Counted from the first letter of the stretch, positions 1-10,030 are shown. The stretch: 43,193 nucleotides of DNA from an uncultured Dehalococcoidaceae bacterium (GCA_964598405.1 CAZRBS010000006.1:3972-47164), one strand, 5' to 3'. A program made the numbers and translations. Notes: generated by a model not told the origin, from the sequence alone.

Positions 1-4
1 TACC

Positions 5-769
5 ATGAAGCAGCTCAGGGCAACCAAGGCCATGCAGGAGCTTCAGCCCCAGCTTGCCGAGCTTCAGAAAAAGCACGCCAAGGATAAAGCCAAGCTGGCT
101 CAGGAGCAGATGCGGCTGTACAAGGAGTCCGGGGTAAGTCCTGCCGGATGTACGCTGCCCCTGTTAATCCAGATGCCTGTCTGGATAGCGCTCTTTCAGT
201 CGATCATACGGGTACTGGCGGTAGTCCCCGAGCAGTTCCTTAACCTGTCACGGCACCTTTACTCGTCCTGGGCAATGGTGTTTTCCCTTGTGCCGCTGGA
301 CAGCAATTTCCTGTGGCTGGACCTGGCGACGCCTGACAGAATTCTCTTGCTGCCGATTCTGGTTGGCGGTACGATGTGGGTACAGCAGAAAATGGTAACG
401 CCAACCACTGCTGACCCCAGACAGCAGGCACAGAGCCGGATGATGGTCTGGATTATGCCCCTGATGTTTGCCTTTCTGACGATGCAGTTTCCCAGCGGTC
501 TGGCGCTCTACTGGGTGATTTCAAATATTATCAGCATAGTCATTCAGTACTATGTTACCGGGTGGGGGGGCCTGGTTCCTTCATCCGCCGGCAGACCGGC
601 GGGCAGGGACAGGAGTTATTTGAAGCGTCTTACCCGCGTTGAGGAAAAGCCGACGGATTATGCCGATGTCGGGGCGGATATTGTTGAATCGAAGGATGCC
701 ACGGGAATCGGCAAAGGCAGTTACCAGCCGTGGAGGGACAGAGCCAGGCGCTCCAGGAGAAGGAGGTAA
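5..769 (+). CDS. yidC: Membrane protein insertase YidC/Oxa1, probably 5'-truncated by the window edge
   Basis: MQELQPQL..LQKK, GCTLPLLIQMPVWIALF, FLWLDL..PD and PSGLALYW motifs; jag follows; the frame is open to the window start. Confidence 0.93.
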   Translation: MKQLRATKAMQELQPQLAELQKKHAKDKAKLAQEQMRLYKESGVSPAGCTLPLLIQMPVWIALFQSIIRVLAVVPEQFLNLSRHLYSSWAMVFSLVPLDSNFLWLDLATPDRILLLPILVGGTMWVQQKMVTPTTADPRQQAQSRMMVWIMPLMFAFLTMQFPSGLALYWVISNIISIVIQYYVTGWGGLVPSSAGRPAGRDRSYLKRLTRVEEKPTDYADVGADIVESKDATGIGKGSYQPWRDRARRSRRRR

Positions 770-786
770 TTCCGAGCGAGGTGATT

Positions 787-1287
787 ATGGAAAAATCCGG
801 GAGTGAAGTTACCGGGGCAGCGAAGAACGTCCTGGAAACGCTTCTCAGTTTAATAGGAATAGAGGCTTCGGTTACCACTTTACCCGGACTTCTTACCGAA
901 GGCGAAGGAGAGGCTGCTACCGGCATTATGCTGGACGTTGAAGGGGATGATTTGGGCATCCTCATCGGGCGGCGCGGACAGACTCTGGCCTGCCTCCAGT
1001 ATATTATCAGGATTATCGTTGGAAACCAGACGAAAGTATGGCTGCCAATAGTTATTGATGTGGAAGGCTACAAGCGGCGCCGCTGTAACGCGTTGCGGGC
1101 TCTGGCCTGGCGAATGGCGGAACAGGTAAAGAACCGGAAGGCCCCGTTTACTCTGGAACCCATGCCAGCTTTTGATAGACGTATCATCCACCTTGCTCTG
1201 GCGGAAGACCCTGATGTTACCACTCAGAGCAGCGGCGAAGGGGAGGCGCGCCGGGTTGTTATTCTGCCCAGAGAGCAGGCTGACTGA
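787..1287 (+). CDS. jag: Jag/EloR/KhpB RNA-binding protein (KH + R3H), no Jag_N domain
   Basis: LGILIGRRGQTL..LQY (KH) and LEPMPAFDRRIIHLAL (R3H); directly after yidC; start ATG 787 or GTG 781 uncertain. Confidence 0.9.
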   Translation: MEKSGSEVTGAAKNVLETLLSLIGIEASVTTLPGLLTEGEGEAATGIMLDVEGDDLGILIGRRGQTLACLQYIIRIIVGNQTKVWLPIVIDVEGYKRRRCNALRALAWRMAEQVKNRKAPFTLEPMPAFDRRIIHLALAEDPDVTTQSSGEGEARRVVILPREQAD

Positions 1288-1316
1288 TTGACTTGCTTTT
1301 CCGGGTGTGCTAATCT
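1288..1316 (+). promoter_or_regulatory. Sigma70-type promoter of the ileS T-box leader
   Basis: TTGACT(1288-1293)-17 bp-TAATCT(1311-1316), with extended -10 TG. Confidence 0.7.
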
Positions 1317-1323
1317 GTAGCGA

Positions 1324-1604
1324 GAAAGGCCGTGACGGAGACGAGTAGGAGAGGCAGCGGACACTCAGCGAGTCTGGCCTGGTGGAAGCAGATATGCCCG
1401 GCTCTCCGAAAATCACTCCCGAGCCGCCAACCGAACGGTGGGCAGGCAGGACCTGACACCCAGTAGGCCTGGCCGGCAGCGCCAGCCGTTATCCCAGGCG
1501 AGGGCATGGAGGTGTGCCTTTAAGGAGTGCCCCGGTGGTCCGGGGAAGTAGGGTGGTACCGCGGGCTTTATGGTTCCCGTCCCTAGAGGGGGCGGGAATT
1601 TTTG
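1324..1604 (+). ncRNA. T-box riboswitch, Ile-specific (transcription antitermination)
   Basis: Stem I with AGTA and AGCGA/GGTGGAA elements; specifier ATC at 1412-1414; T-box AAGTAGGGTGGTACCGCG 1546-1563; antiterminator partner CGTCCC 1578-1583; ileS follows. Confidence 0.93.
1574..1603 (+). terminator. Intrinsic terminator of the Ile T-box
   Basis: TTCCCGTCCC / GGGGCGGGAA stem followed by TTTTT. Confidence 0.85.
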
Positions 1605-1620
1605 TATCGGAGGAGTTTTT

Positions 1621-4600
1621 GTGTCCAGGTTTCGTACGGTAAGCAGTCGGGTCAATTTGCCTCAAACCGAGGAAAAAATACTCGGCTGGTGGCGGGAAAG
1701 CCGTATATTTGAACGGAGTGTGGAGTCCCGCCGGGGCTGCCCCCGCTTTTTATTGTACGAAGGTCCTCCTACCGCCAACGGGAGTCCGGGTATTCATCAC
1801 GTGCTGTCCCGGATCTTCAAGGACATTATGCCGCGCTACAAGGCGATGAAGGGGTATTACACCCCCCGTATTGCCGGCTGGGATACGCATGGACTGCCGG
1901 TGGAACTGGAGGTGGAGAAAGAACTCGGTTTTTCGGGCAAGTCACAGATTGAGGAATACGGGATTGACCGCTTCAATGCGCGCTGCCGGGAGAGTGTTTT
2001 CCGTTACCTCAAAGAATGGAACGCTTTGACCGAGCGTATTGGTTTCTGGATTGATCTGGAGCACCCGTATGTTACCATGGAAAATTACTATATTGAGAGC
2101 GTCTGGTGGGCGATAAAGCAGATGTGGGACAGGGGGCTTATTTATCAGGGCTACAAGACGGCTGCCCACTGTCCCAGGTGCGGGACTTCTCTCAGTTCCC
2201 ACGAGGTGGCACTGGGATATGAAGATGATGCTGAGGACCCTTCAGTTTACATAAAGTTTGCGATTGTCCTGTCTTCACTGGTCGCCTCTGCGGAGCGTGA
2301 GAAGCTTCTGAAACTCTTCACTGCTTCGGGCAAGCCAGCCTATTTCCTGGCATGGACGACTACCCCCTGGACGCTGCCCGGCAACACTGCCCTTGCCGTG
2401 GATGCCGGCGCCGAGTATGCCGTGGTGGAAACGCCGGAAGAATTTCTCATCTTTGCTTCCGCTTTGCTCGGACAGGTCGGGCTGGATGGCGCAAAAGTGG
2501 TCGGAAAAGTGAAAGGGAGTGAGTTTGTGGGCGGAAATGGCAGGGCTGCGGTGGAATATGAACCGCTCTATAACCCCCATCAATATGGACTGGAGCGCAG
2601 GCGTTTTGTCCTGGTGCGGGACAGCGGCAGCGGGCACGAACGGCGGGACCTCCAGGTACAGGAACCTGACATGAAATTGACCTACAAGGTAATTGGCACC
2701 GATTTCGTGTCTCTGGAAGACGGAACGGGCATTGTGCACGTGGCCCCCGCTTTTGGTGAGGTGGACTTTGAGGCGGGGCAGCAGCAGGGTATTGACTTCG
2801 TTCAGCCGGTGAACCTGCAGGGAGTGGTGACCGGCAACTATGCCTTTTCCGGCCGGTTTGTCAAGGAAGCTGACCCTCTGGTCATAGATGATTTGAAGGC
2901 AAGAGGGCTGCTCTTCCGCAGTGAGGTAATACGGCATACCTACCCCTTCTGCTGGCGCTGCGGGACACCGCTTCTCTACTATGTGAAGGAGAGCTGGTAT
3001 ATCAAGACCACGGCGGTGAAAGAAAGGCTTATATCCGGCAACGCCGAGGTAAACTGGTACCCGGAGCATATCAAGTACGGTCGGTTCGGAGACTGGCTGG
3101 AGAATAACGTTGACTGGGCATTCTCGCGGGAGCGCTACTGGGGGACGCCGCTGCCCGTCTGGCGCTGCGAGTCGTGCGGATGCTTCGACTGCGTGGGCGG
3201 GGTTGAAGAGTTAAAAAACAGGCCCGGCTTTTCCGGCTTGAAAGAGCCTCTGGACCTGCACCGCCCGTTTGTGGATGAGATGACCTTTGCCTGCCCGCAG
3301 TGCGGGGCAAAGATGAAGAGGGTTCCGGAGGTGATTGACTGCTGGTTTGATTCCGGAGCCATGCCGGTAGCCCAGTGGCACTACCCTTTTGAGAACGGCA
3401 CCATTTTTGAGGACGGGCGTTTTCCGGCCGACTATATCTGTGAGGCGGTGGACCAGACCCGCGGCTGGTTTTACAGTCTGCATGCGATATCCACCCTGCT
3501 CTTCAGTCGTCCCTGCTTTGAGAACGTTATCTGTCTCGGGCATATCCTTGACGCCAAGGGCGAGAAGATGAGTAAAGCCAAGGGGAATGTTGTTGAGCCG
3601 TGGCAGGTGATTGATAAGTACGGTGCCGATGCCCTGCGCTGGTATTTCTTTACCTCTTCCCCACCGGGTAACGTGCGCCGTTTTGCGGAGAACATGGTGG
3701 CTGAAGTGACGCGTCACTTTCTGTTGACCCTGTGGAACGTTTATTCCTTCTTCGTTAATTATGCCAATATCGATAAATTCACTCCCGGTTCTGCCGAGAG
3801 TACAGGTCAATCCGAGCTTGACCGGTGGATTATTTCCGAGCTCAACCAGCTCGTTGCTGACGTGACCGCTGCAATGGAGGCTTACAACCCCACGGAGGCG
3901 GGGAGAAAAATAGAAATTTTTGTGCATGGTCTTTCCAACTGGTACGTGCGGAGGAGCCGGCGGCGCTTCTGGAAGAGCGAGAATGACGCGGACAAGCTTT
4001 CGGCGTATAACACGCTCTATCAGTGTCTGGTAACGTCGGCAAAGCTGCTGGCTCCGTTCACACCTTTTCTGGCGGAGGAGATTTACCGGAACCTGGTTGG
4101 TTCGGTATTTCCCGGCGAGCCGGAAAGCGTGCACCTGGCTGATTTCCCGGAAGCTGATATGACCAGGGTTGATGAGCACCTGGCGGCGGAGACCAGGCTG
4201 GTGATGAGAGTATCGAGCCTGGGCAGGGCAGCCCGGAGCCAGGCTGGCATCAAGGTGCGCCAGCCCTTGAACAAATTGCTGGTGAGGGTTGCCCCGGGAA
4301 GGGAAAAACGGGCCATCAGGCGTCTGGCTGTCCAGGTCATGGAGGAGGTCAACGTAAAAGGGCTGGAGGTGGTCGATGTCATACCGGATACCGGTCATCC
4401 TGTGGTTTCCGAGGGGGAGCTGGCGGTGATGCTGGATACCGGTATTACTCCGGAGCTGGCGGCGGAAGGAATGGCGCGCGAGATTGTGCGACGCCTGCAG
4501 ATGATGCGCCGCTCGGCCGAATTCGATATTTCCGACCATATCGTTACTTACTATCGGGGCAGGGAAGATGTGGGGCGGGTGTTTGCCGACTTCGCCGAGT

Positions 4601-4722
4601 ACATCAAGCAGGAAACCCTGTCCGAGCAGCTTGTGGAAGGCATCCCGGAGGAGGGGGCTTTTACGGAGAGTCATAAACTGGGTGACTCTGCCGTTTCTCT
4701 GGGGGTGAGAAGGCTGGCTTAG
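1621..4722 (+). CDS. ileS: Isoleucyl-tRNA synthetase, type 2
   Basis: EGPPTANGSPGIHH, GWDTHGLPVE, WTTTPWTLPGN, GTGIVHVAPAFG, DQTRGWFY, KMSKA; GTG start 1621 after GGAGGAG (the ORF-track start 1570 lies inside the T-box). Confidence 0.97.
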   Translation: MSRFRTVSSRVNLPQTEEKILGWWRESRIFERSVESRRGCPRFLLYEGPPTANGSPGIHHVLSRIFKDIMPRYKAMKGYYTPRIAGWDTHGLPVELEVEKELGFSGKSQIEEYGIDRFNARCRESVFRYLKEWNALTERIGFWIDLEHPYVTMENYYIESVWWAIKQMWDRGLIYQGYKTAAHCPRCGTSLSSHEVALGYEDDAEDPSVYIKFAIVLSSLVASAEREKLLKLFTASGKPAYFLAWTTTPWTLPGNTALAVDAGAEYAVVETPEEFLIFASALLGQVGLDGAKVVGKVKGSEFVGGNGRAAVEYEPLYNPHQYGLERRRFVLVRDSGSGHERRDLQVQEPDMKLTYKVIGTDFVSLEDGTGIVHVAPAFGEVDFEAGQQQGIDFVQPVNLQGVVTGNYAFSGRFVKEADPLVIDDLKARGLLFRSEVIRHTYPFCWRCGTPLLYYVKESWYIKTTAVKERLISGNAEVNWYPEHIKYGRFGDWLENNVDWAFSRERYWGTPLPVWRCESCGCFDCVGGVEELKNRPGFSGLKEPLDLHRPFVDEMTFACPQCGAKMKRVPEVIDCWFDSGAMPVAQWHYPFENGTIFEDGRFPADYICEAVDQTRGWFYSLHAISTLLFSRPCFENVICLGHILDAKGEKMSKAKGNVVEPWQVIDKYGADALRWYFFTSSPPGNVRRFAENMVAEVTRHFLLTLWNVYSFFVNYANIDKFTPGSAESTGQSELDRWIISELNQLVADVTAAMEAYNPTEAGRKIEIFVHGLSNWYVRRSRRRFWKSENDADKLSAYNTLYQCLVTSAKLLAPFTPFLAEEIYRNLVGSVFPGEPESVHLADFPEADMTRVDEHLAAETRLVMRVSSLGRAARSQAGIKVRQPLNKLLVRVAPGREKRAIRRLAVQVMEEVNVKGLEVVDVIPDTGHPVVSEGELAVMLDTGITPELAAEGMAREIVRRLQMMRRSAEFDISDHIVTYYRGREDVGRVFADFAEYIKQETLSEQLVEGIPEEGAFTESHKLGDSAVSLGVRRLA

Positions 4723-5867
4723 GGGGGAGGCGGATTTTCCGCCAGGGTTATCTCGGTGGTGCTCCTGGTTTCGCCCCGCCAGAAAGTCATTTCCACCTTT
4801 TGCCCGATTTCGGAAGCGTGGATAGCCCGCACCAGTTCTTCAGCACTGGTTATTTCAGTGCCGTTAAATCTGACAATCACGTCGCCGGGTTGCAGTCCTG
4901 CCCGTGCCGCGGGACTGTCTGGAGCTACCTCGGTGATTAAAACTCCTTTTTCTACAGCCAGGTCGTACCTCAGAATGGCGAACTGGTCCACCGTGTACAG
5001 GCTTACGCCGAGCCAGGGACGGACCACGTATCCCTTCTGAATCATTTCTTCGAGAATGGGTATGGCGGTCTCGGTGCTGATGGCGTAGCCCATGCCTTCC
5101 ACGCCGATGGTGGCGATTTTGGCACTGGTTATGCCGATTACCTCTCCGGACAGATTGACCAGCGGGCCGCCGCTGTTGCCCGGGTTGATGGCGGCGGTGG
5201 TCTCAATCAGGTCATACAGGGTCTGCCCCGCTGATACGGGCAGTTGAACCCCGCGGCGGCTGATGATGCCCTCGGTGGCCCGTATTCCCTGGCCCAGTGC
5301 GTTACCAATGGCTATCACCCAGTCGCCCACTCTCAGCTTGGAAGACTCGCCGATATCAAGTTCCGGCAGTCCCCGGGCATCAACTTCGAGTATGGCCAGG
5401 TCGCTGAGCTGGTCGATGAATATGGAGTCCATATCCACGTCATAGGTGCTGCCATCATCAAGGGTTACGGTGATGCTGCGGGCATCTTCAATTACGTGGT
5501 TGTTGGTCACGATGATTCCGTCTCCATCAATAATCCACCCGGAGCCGGCGCCCTGCTGTGTATACTGGCGGTTGAAGAAATCGGATGTTATTACCTCGGT
5601 GGTTATGGCGACAACCGAGGGTTTTACCTTGGCGACGACATCGGCGATGGATGGTAGTACCTGCGGGTCCTGTGTTTCTGAGGTTTGTGGGGGTGTCCAG
5701 GTCGGGTTGATTGGTGCCGGTGGCGGTGCTGCTGAAGGCGCCGGGGAAGGGCTGGGTGAGGGGGGTGGCGATATGTCAATATAGGGCACGGCACAGCCGG
5801 TGCCCAGCACAAGCGAAAGGACAAGGAGGAGTGATATAAACAAGGATTTCCCCTTCGTTATTTTCAT
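4719..5867 (-). CDS. htrA: HtrA/DegP-family serine protease (trypsin + PDZ), predicted lipoprotein
   Basis: GSGW, TNNHV, DLA and INPGNSGGPL catalytic motifs; one PDZ domain; signal peptide with lipobox LGTGC; Pro-rich linker. Confidence 0.92.
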   Translation of the reverse strand: MKITKGKSLFISLLLVLSLVLGTGCAVPYIDISPPPSPSPSPAPSAAPPPAPINPTWTPPQTSETQDPQVLPSIADVVAKVKPSVVAITTEVITSDFFNRQYTQQGAGSGWIIDGDGIIVTNNHVIEDARSITVTLDDGSTYDVDMDSIFIDQLSDLAILEVDARGLPELDIGESSKLRVGDWVIAIGNALGQGIRATEGIISRRGVQLPVSAGQTLYDLIETTAAINPGNSGGPLVNLSGEVIGITSAKIATIGVEGMGYAISTETAIPILEEMIQKGYVVRPWLGVSLYTVDQFAILRYDLAVEKGVLITEVAPDSPAARAGLQPGDVIVRFNGTEITSAEELVRAIHASEIGQKVEMTFWRGETRSTTEITLAENPPPP

Positions 5868-5876
5868 GACGGTTCA

Positions 5877-5905
5877 ATTTTAGCAAAATAGTCTGCGCAA
5901 AGCAA
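5877..5905 (-). promoter_or_regulatory. Putative htrA promoter
   Basis: Minus strand TTGCTT-17 bp-TAAAAT with TG extension. Confidence 0.5.
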
Positions 5906-5941
5906 GAAGGGGGGCGGGAAGCAAGCTCCGCCTCCCTTCTT
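5904..5941 (-). terminator. Terminator-like hairpin ending the trp operon
   Basis: Inverted repeat AAGAAGGGAGGCGG...CCGCCCCCCTTCTT just after the trpB2 stop; weak U tract. Confidence 0.65.
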
Positions 5942-5951
5942 GTCACCTTCT

Positions 5952-7316
5952 TTATGTCTGGGGGACTTTGGGCAGGTGAGCCAGTGCCTCTTTTACCTTC
6001 TCTTCAGGGTATGCGTAGTCCTGGAGCTTGCCGGAGAGGTAGGCTTCATAGGCTGCCATGTCAAAGTGCCCGTGTCCGCTGTGAGCCAGCAGGATGGTCT
6101 TTGCCTCACCGGTCTCCTTGCACTTTAGGGCTTCATCAATGGTTACCCTGATGGCGTGGTCAGTCTCCGGAGCACTGATGATGCCCTCGGTGCGGGCGAA
6201 GGTTATCCCGGCTTCAAAGGTGGCCAGCTGGGGAACGGCGCTGGCTTCAACAATGCCCAGCTTATAGAGATGGCAGATGATAGGCGCCATGCCGTGATAG
6301 CGCAGACCGCCGGCGTGGACTGGCGGCGGCATGAAGTTGTGTCCCAGGGTGTACATCTTGAGGATGGGGGCAAGTCCGGCGACATCGCCATAGTCCCAGG
6401 TGTAGAGTCCCTTGGTCAGGGTCGGGCAGCTTGTCGGCTCGGCATTGATGACACGCAGGCCTGGTCTGGTGCCGTCAAGCTTGTCCTTGATGAAGGGCAG
6501 GAACATTCCGGCAAAGTTGGAGCCACCCCCGATGCAGCCGACGATGATATCGGGGTAGGCGTCAGCCTGCTCCATCATTAATTTTCTGGTCTCCAGCCCG
6601 TTTATGGTCTGGTGCAGCAGAACATGGTTGGCGACGCTGCCGATGGAGTACTTGGTATCGTCATGGTTGAAGGCATCTTCGATGGCTTCGCTGATGGCAA
6701 TGCCCAGGCTGCCCGGGGATTCAGGGGCTTCCTTCCGCAGGCGGCGCCCCACTTCTGTGTCCGGGCTGGGGCTGGGGACGCAATTGGCACCCCAGGTTTC
6801 CATCATAATCCGCCGGTATGGTTTCTGGTGGTAACTCACGTTGACCATGTAGACCTTGCATTCCAGTCCGAAGAGCATGCTGCCGAAGGCCAGGGAACTG
6901 CCCCACTGCCCGGCACCGGTCTCCGTGGACAGGCGTTTGACCCCTTCTTTCTTGTTATAGTATGCTTGGGCTACCGCCGTGTTGGGCTTGTGGCTGCCGG
7001 GCGGACTGGTACCCTCGTATTTGTAGAAAATCCTGGCGGGGGTATCCAGTAGCTTTTCCAGCCGGTGCGCCCGAAATAGAGTCGTCGGTCTCCAGAGCCG
7101 GTAAACTGCCTGCACTTCCTCGGGGATTTCAATCCAGCGTTCCGGGCTGAACTCCTGGGCGTTAATCGCTTCCGGAAACAGGGGAGGGGGAAGGGGGGAG
7201 GGTTCCATCGTCCCGGGATGAAGTTCAGGCGGCAGCGGTTCGGGCAGGTCGGGCAGGACGTTGTACCAGGATGTTGGCATGTCTTTTTCATCGAGAATGA
7301 ATTTTGTTCTCTCCAA
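5952..7316 (-). CDS. trpB2: TrpB2-type (TrpB-like) tryptophan synthase beta
   Basis: [51 protein letters not shown]; probable TTG start 7316 after AAGGAGGA (track start 7358). Confidence 0.93.
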   Translation of the reverse strand: MERTKFILDEKDMPTSWYNVLPDLPEPLPPELHPGTMEPSPLPPPLFPEAINAQEFSPERWIEIPEEVQAVYRLWRPTTLFRAHRLEKLLDTPARIFYKYEGTSPPGSHKPNTAVAQAYYNKKEGVKRLSTETGAGQWGSSLAFGSMLFGLECKVYMVNVSYHQKPYRRIMMETWGANCVPSPSPDTEVGRRLRKEAPESPGSLGIAISEAIEDAFNHDDTKYSIGSVANHVLLHQTINGLETRKLMMEQADAYPDIIVGCIGGGSNFAGMFLPFIKDKLDGTRPGLRVINAEPTSCPTLTKGLYTWDYGDVAGLAPILKMYTLGHNFMPPPVHAGGLRYHGMAPIICHLYKLGIVEASAVPQLATFEAGITFARTEGIISAPETDHAIRVTIDEALKCKETGEAKTILLAHSGHGHFDMAAYEAYLSGKLQDYAYPEEKVKEALAHLPKVPQT

Positions 7317-7396
7317 TTTTTCCTCCTTTTTTGCTTTTGTTTTCCGCTTATTTTTCATTGGCCTGGCCCCGCCAGGGCCAGGCCTTGGTATACATA

Positions 7397-8191
7397 TTAG
7401 CCCTCCTTCCCGGCCTGGTGCAAGTCCAGGGCCTCTCTCAGACTCAGGACGAATGCTTTGAGCGAGGATAGGGTGTTGTCCTCTTCTATTAACTGTATCA
7501 GGCGGCTGCCGACGATGATGCCATCGGCCATTCTGGCGACCTGCCTGGCTTGCTCCGGGGTGGATATGCCGAAGCCGATGCAGAGAGGCTTCTCCGTTTT
7601 CCGCCGTACTCGCCGGACGAAGCCTTCCAGCGCTGGCGGCAGATTCTCTCTGGCTCCGGTAACGCCGGCTAAAGAAACCAGGTAGATAAAACCGCGGGAC
7701 TTTCCGGTGACCAGGCTGATGCGTTCCCCGGTGCTGGTGGGAGCCAGCAGGTAGATGAGGTCAAGGTTGTGCTTTCGAGTGGCTGCTTCCAGTTCCTCTC
7801 CCTCTTCCGGCGGCAGGTCCGGGATTATCAGACCGCTGACCCCGGATCCGGCGCAGGCCCGGCAGAAGGCGTCTAGCCCGAAGTTGAGCACCGGGTTGTA
7901 ATAGGTCATGAACACCAGGGGGGTGCTTATCTTCCGGTGCAGCTGGCGGGCCGCTTCCAGGCATAGCTCCGGCGTGGCACCCTGCTGAAGCGCCTGGTAA
8001 CTTGCCTTCTGGATGGTGGCACCATCTGCCAGCGGGTCGGAGAAGGGGATGCCCAGTTCGATGATATCGCAGCCGTTGCCGGCAAGAGCCAGTGCTGCCT
8101 CCTCCGTTGTTTCCATATCGGGGTAGCCCACGGTGATGTAGGCAATCAGGGCTTTATAATCCGGTCTGAAAACGGATGTAATGTTGCTCAT
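7397..8191 (-). CDS. trpA: Tryptophan synthase alpha
   Basis: [37 protein letters not shown]. Confidence 0.97.
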   Translation of the reverse strand: MSNITSVFRPDYKALIAYITVGYPDMETTEEAALALAGNGCDIIELGIPFSDPLADGATIQKASYQALQQGATPELCLEAARQLHRKISTPLVFMTYYNPVLNFGLDAFCRACAGSGVSGLIIPDLPPEEGEELEAATRKHNLDLIYLLAPTSTGERISLVTGKSRGFIYLVSLAGVTGARENLPPALEGFVRRVRRKTEKPLCIGFGISTPEQARQVARMADGIIVGSRLIQLIEEDNTLSSLKAFVLSLREALDLHQAGKEG

Positions 8192-9387
8192 AGCTCCTTC
8201 CCTGCGGCTGCGGTGACGATGTCCAGGTCTTTATCACCGCGGCCGGAGAGGTTGACCACGATAATCCGGTCTGACGGCAGTCCCGCTGCCAGTCTGGCGG
8301 CATGGTAGATGGCATGGGCTGGCTCCAGCGCCGGAATTATGCCTTCCGTGCGGCACAGGAGCCGGAAACCCTCCAGCGCCTGCTCGTCGGTAACCGGTAT
8401 GTAGCTGGCACGGCCGGTATCTTTGTAATAACTGTGTTCCGGCCCGACGCCCGGGTAGTCCAGCCCGGGAGCGATGCTGTGGGTGGCCCGTATCTGCCCG
8501 TGGCTGTCTTCCAGCAGGTATGACCTGGTTCCGTGCAGAACGCCCGCCTTCCCGGCAGCCAGCGGAGCGGCATGCTGGTTGCTTTCCAGACCCCGCCCGG
8601 CGGCTTCAATGCCGATGAACCGGACTTCTCTGTCATTGAAGAAGGGGTGAAACAGGCCGATGCTGTTGCTGCCGCCGCCGACGCAGGCAATCAGATAATC
8701 GGGCAGCCGGTGATATGCTGTCAGAACCTGTTCTCTGGTTTCTCGCCCGATTATCGACTGGAAATCGCGCACCATTAGGGGGTAAGGATGAGGGCCGACG
8801 ACGGAGCCAAGCAGGTAGTAGGTGTCGTGCACGTTGCTGACCCAGTCGCGTATGGCTTCGTTGATGGCGTCCTTCAGCGTGCGGCTGCCCGAAGAAACGG
8901 GGCGCACTTCGGCTCCCATCAGCTTTATGCGGTGCACGTTGGGCGACTGGCGCTGAATATCATCCTCCCCCATGTACACGATGCAGTCCAGCCCCAGCAT
9001 GGCGCAGACCGTCGCCGTCGCTACCCCGTGTTGACCGGCGCCGGTCTCGGCGATTATCCTTTTCTTGCCCATGCGCCTGGCGAGCAATCCCTGTCCCACG
9101 GCATTGTTAATCTTGTGGGCGCCGGTGTGGGCCAGGTCCTCCCGTTTCAGCAGAATGGCGGCGCTGCCCGCTTCGGCAGACAGCTTCCGGGCGAAATAGA
9201 GGGGGGTGGGCCGGCCGATGTAATCCCGGCACAGTTGCTGAAATTGCTTCTGGAAACCGGCATCAGCACAGGCCCCGGCATAAGCTGACTCAAGCTCCTC
9301 AAGGGCTGACATCAGCGTCTCGGGGACAAACTTGCCCCCGTATTTTCCGAAGTAACCGCGGGAGTCAGGTCTATCCTTGTTCGGCAT
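8188..9387 (-). CDS. trpB: Tryptophan synthase beta, type 1
   Basis: [56 protein letters not shown]; ATG 9387 after AGGAGGA. Confidence 0.97.
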   Translation of the reverse strand: MPNKDRPDSRGYFGKYGGKFVPETLMSALEELESAYAGACADAGFQKQFQQLCRDYIGRPTPLYFARKLSAEAGSAAILLKREDLAHTGAHKINNAVGQGLLARRMGKKRIIAETGAGQHGVATATVCAMLGLDCIVYMGEDDIQRQSPNVHRIKLMGAEVRPVSSGSRTLKDAINEAIRDWVSNVHDTYYLLGSVVGPHPYPLMVRDFQSIIGRETREQVLTAYHRLPDYLIACVGGGSNSIGLFHPFFNDREVRFIGIEAAGRGLESNQHAAPLAAGKAGVLHGTRSYLLEDSHGQIRATHSIAPGLDYPGVGPEHSYYKDTGRASYIPVTDEQALEGFRLLCRTEGIIPALEPAHAIYHAARLAAGLPSDRIIVVNLSGRGDKDLDIVTAAAGKEL

Positions 9388-10030
9388 CCGTCCTCCTTGC
9401 GGCGGCAATGAAGGCTCTGATTCTGGCGTTGTGCTTGACTTCATCCACTTCCACCCCCGAGGAGACATCAACCCCCCAAGGTGCCACCATTCTGATTACC
9501 TGCGCTACATTCTCCGGGGTAAGACCGCCGGCGACCATTACCGGGAACCGTTCGGCTGCCGGTTGTGCCAGTTTCCAGTTGAAGGTTACTCCCGTTCCAC
9601 CATACTTTCCTCTGACTTTCGGGTCGAGGAGGTAGACATGTTTTCGCCGGGCAAGAATTTTTGCCCCTTCTTGCAGGGGGGTGCAGATTTCCCGGGGACT
9701 CTGTCTCCGGCTCACTCTGATAACCTTGATTACGGGTTTGGTGATATTGCGGCAGTATTCCCACGACTCATTCCCGCTCAGTTGGACCCAGTCCAGCCCG
9801 CAGGAAGCGGCGGTCTCGTTTACCGCGGGGGCGAACATATTGACGAAGACGCCGACCACCTCGGTGGCGCAGCCGCTTTGCTTTATCGCTGCCGCTATCT
9901 TCTCCGCCTGCGCAGGGGTTACCTGGCGCTGGCTGGGGGCGAAGACCAGCCCGACGAAGTCGGCACCGGCTTCAGCCGCAGCCAGCGCGTGAGACTTTTC
10001 CTTCAAGCCGCAAATTTTGACGCGGGTCAT
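9371..10030 (-). CDS. trpF: Phosphoribosylanthranilate isomerase
   Basis: [42 protein letters not shown]; ATG 10030 overlaps the trpC stop (ATGA). Confidence 0.95.
   Translation of the reverse strand: MTRVKICGLKEKSHALAAAEAGADFVGLVFAPSQRQVTPAQAEKIAAAIKQSGCATEVVGVFVNMFAPAVNETAASCGLDWVQLSGNESWEYCRNITKPVIKVIRVSRRQSPREICTPLQEGAKILARRKHVYLLDPKVRGKYGGTGVTFNWKLAQPAAERFPVMVAGGLTPENVAQVIRMVAPWGVDVSSGVEVDEVKHNARIRAFIAAARRTDAEQG

Noticed and set aside
1570-1620. ORF-track N-terminal extension of ileS (likewise trpE 13816-13929 and the trpB, trpF, trpC, trpB2 and ThiD2 extensions)
   Set aside because: These run through T-box terminators or neighbouring genes; downstream starts have a better RBS or match family N-termini
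3211-4674. 487-aa minus-strand ORF, and similar long antisense ORFs at 2275-3069, 9377-10375, 20896-21786, 34245-35321 and 41560-42810
   Set aside because: They lie opposite well-conserved genes and show no recognisable motifs; typical shadow ORFs of GC-rich coding DNA
5690-5770. Low-complexity G-rich tract
   Set aside because: Explained by the Pro/Ser-rich linker of the HtrA lipoprotein on the minus strand
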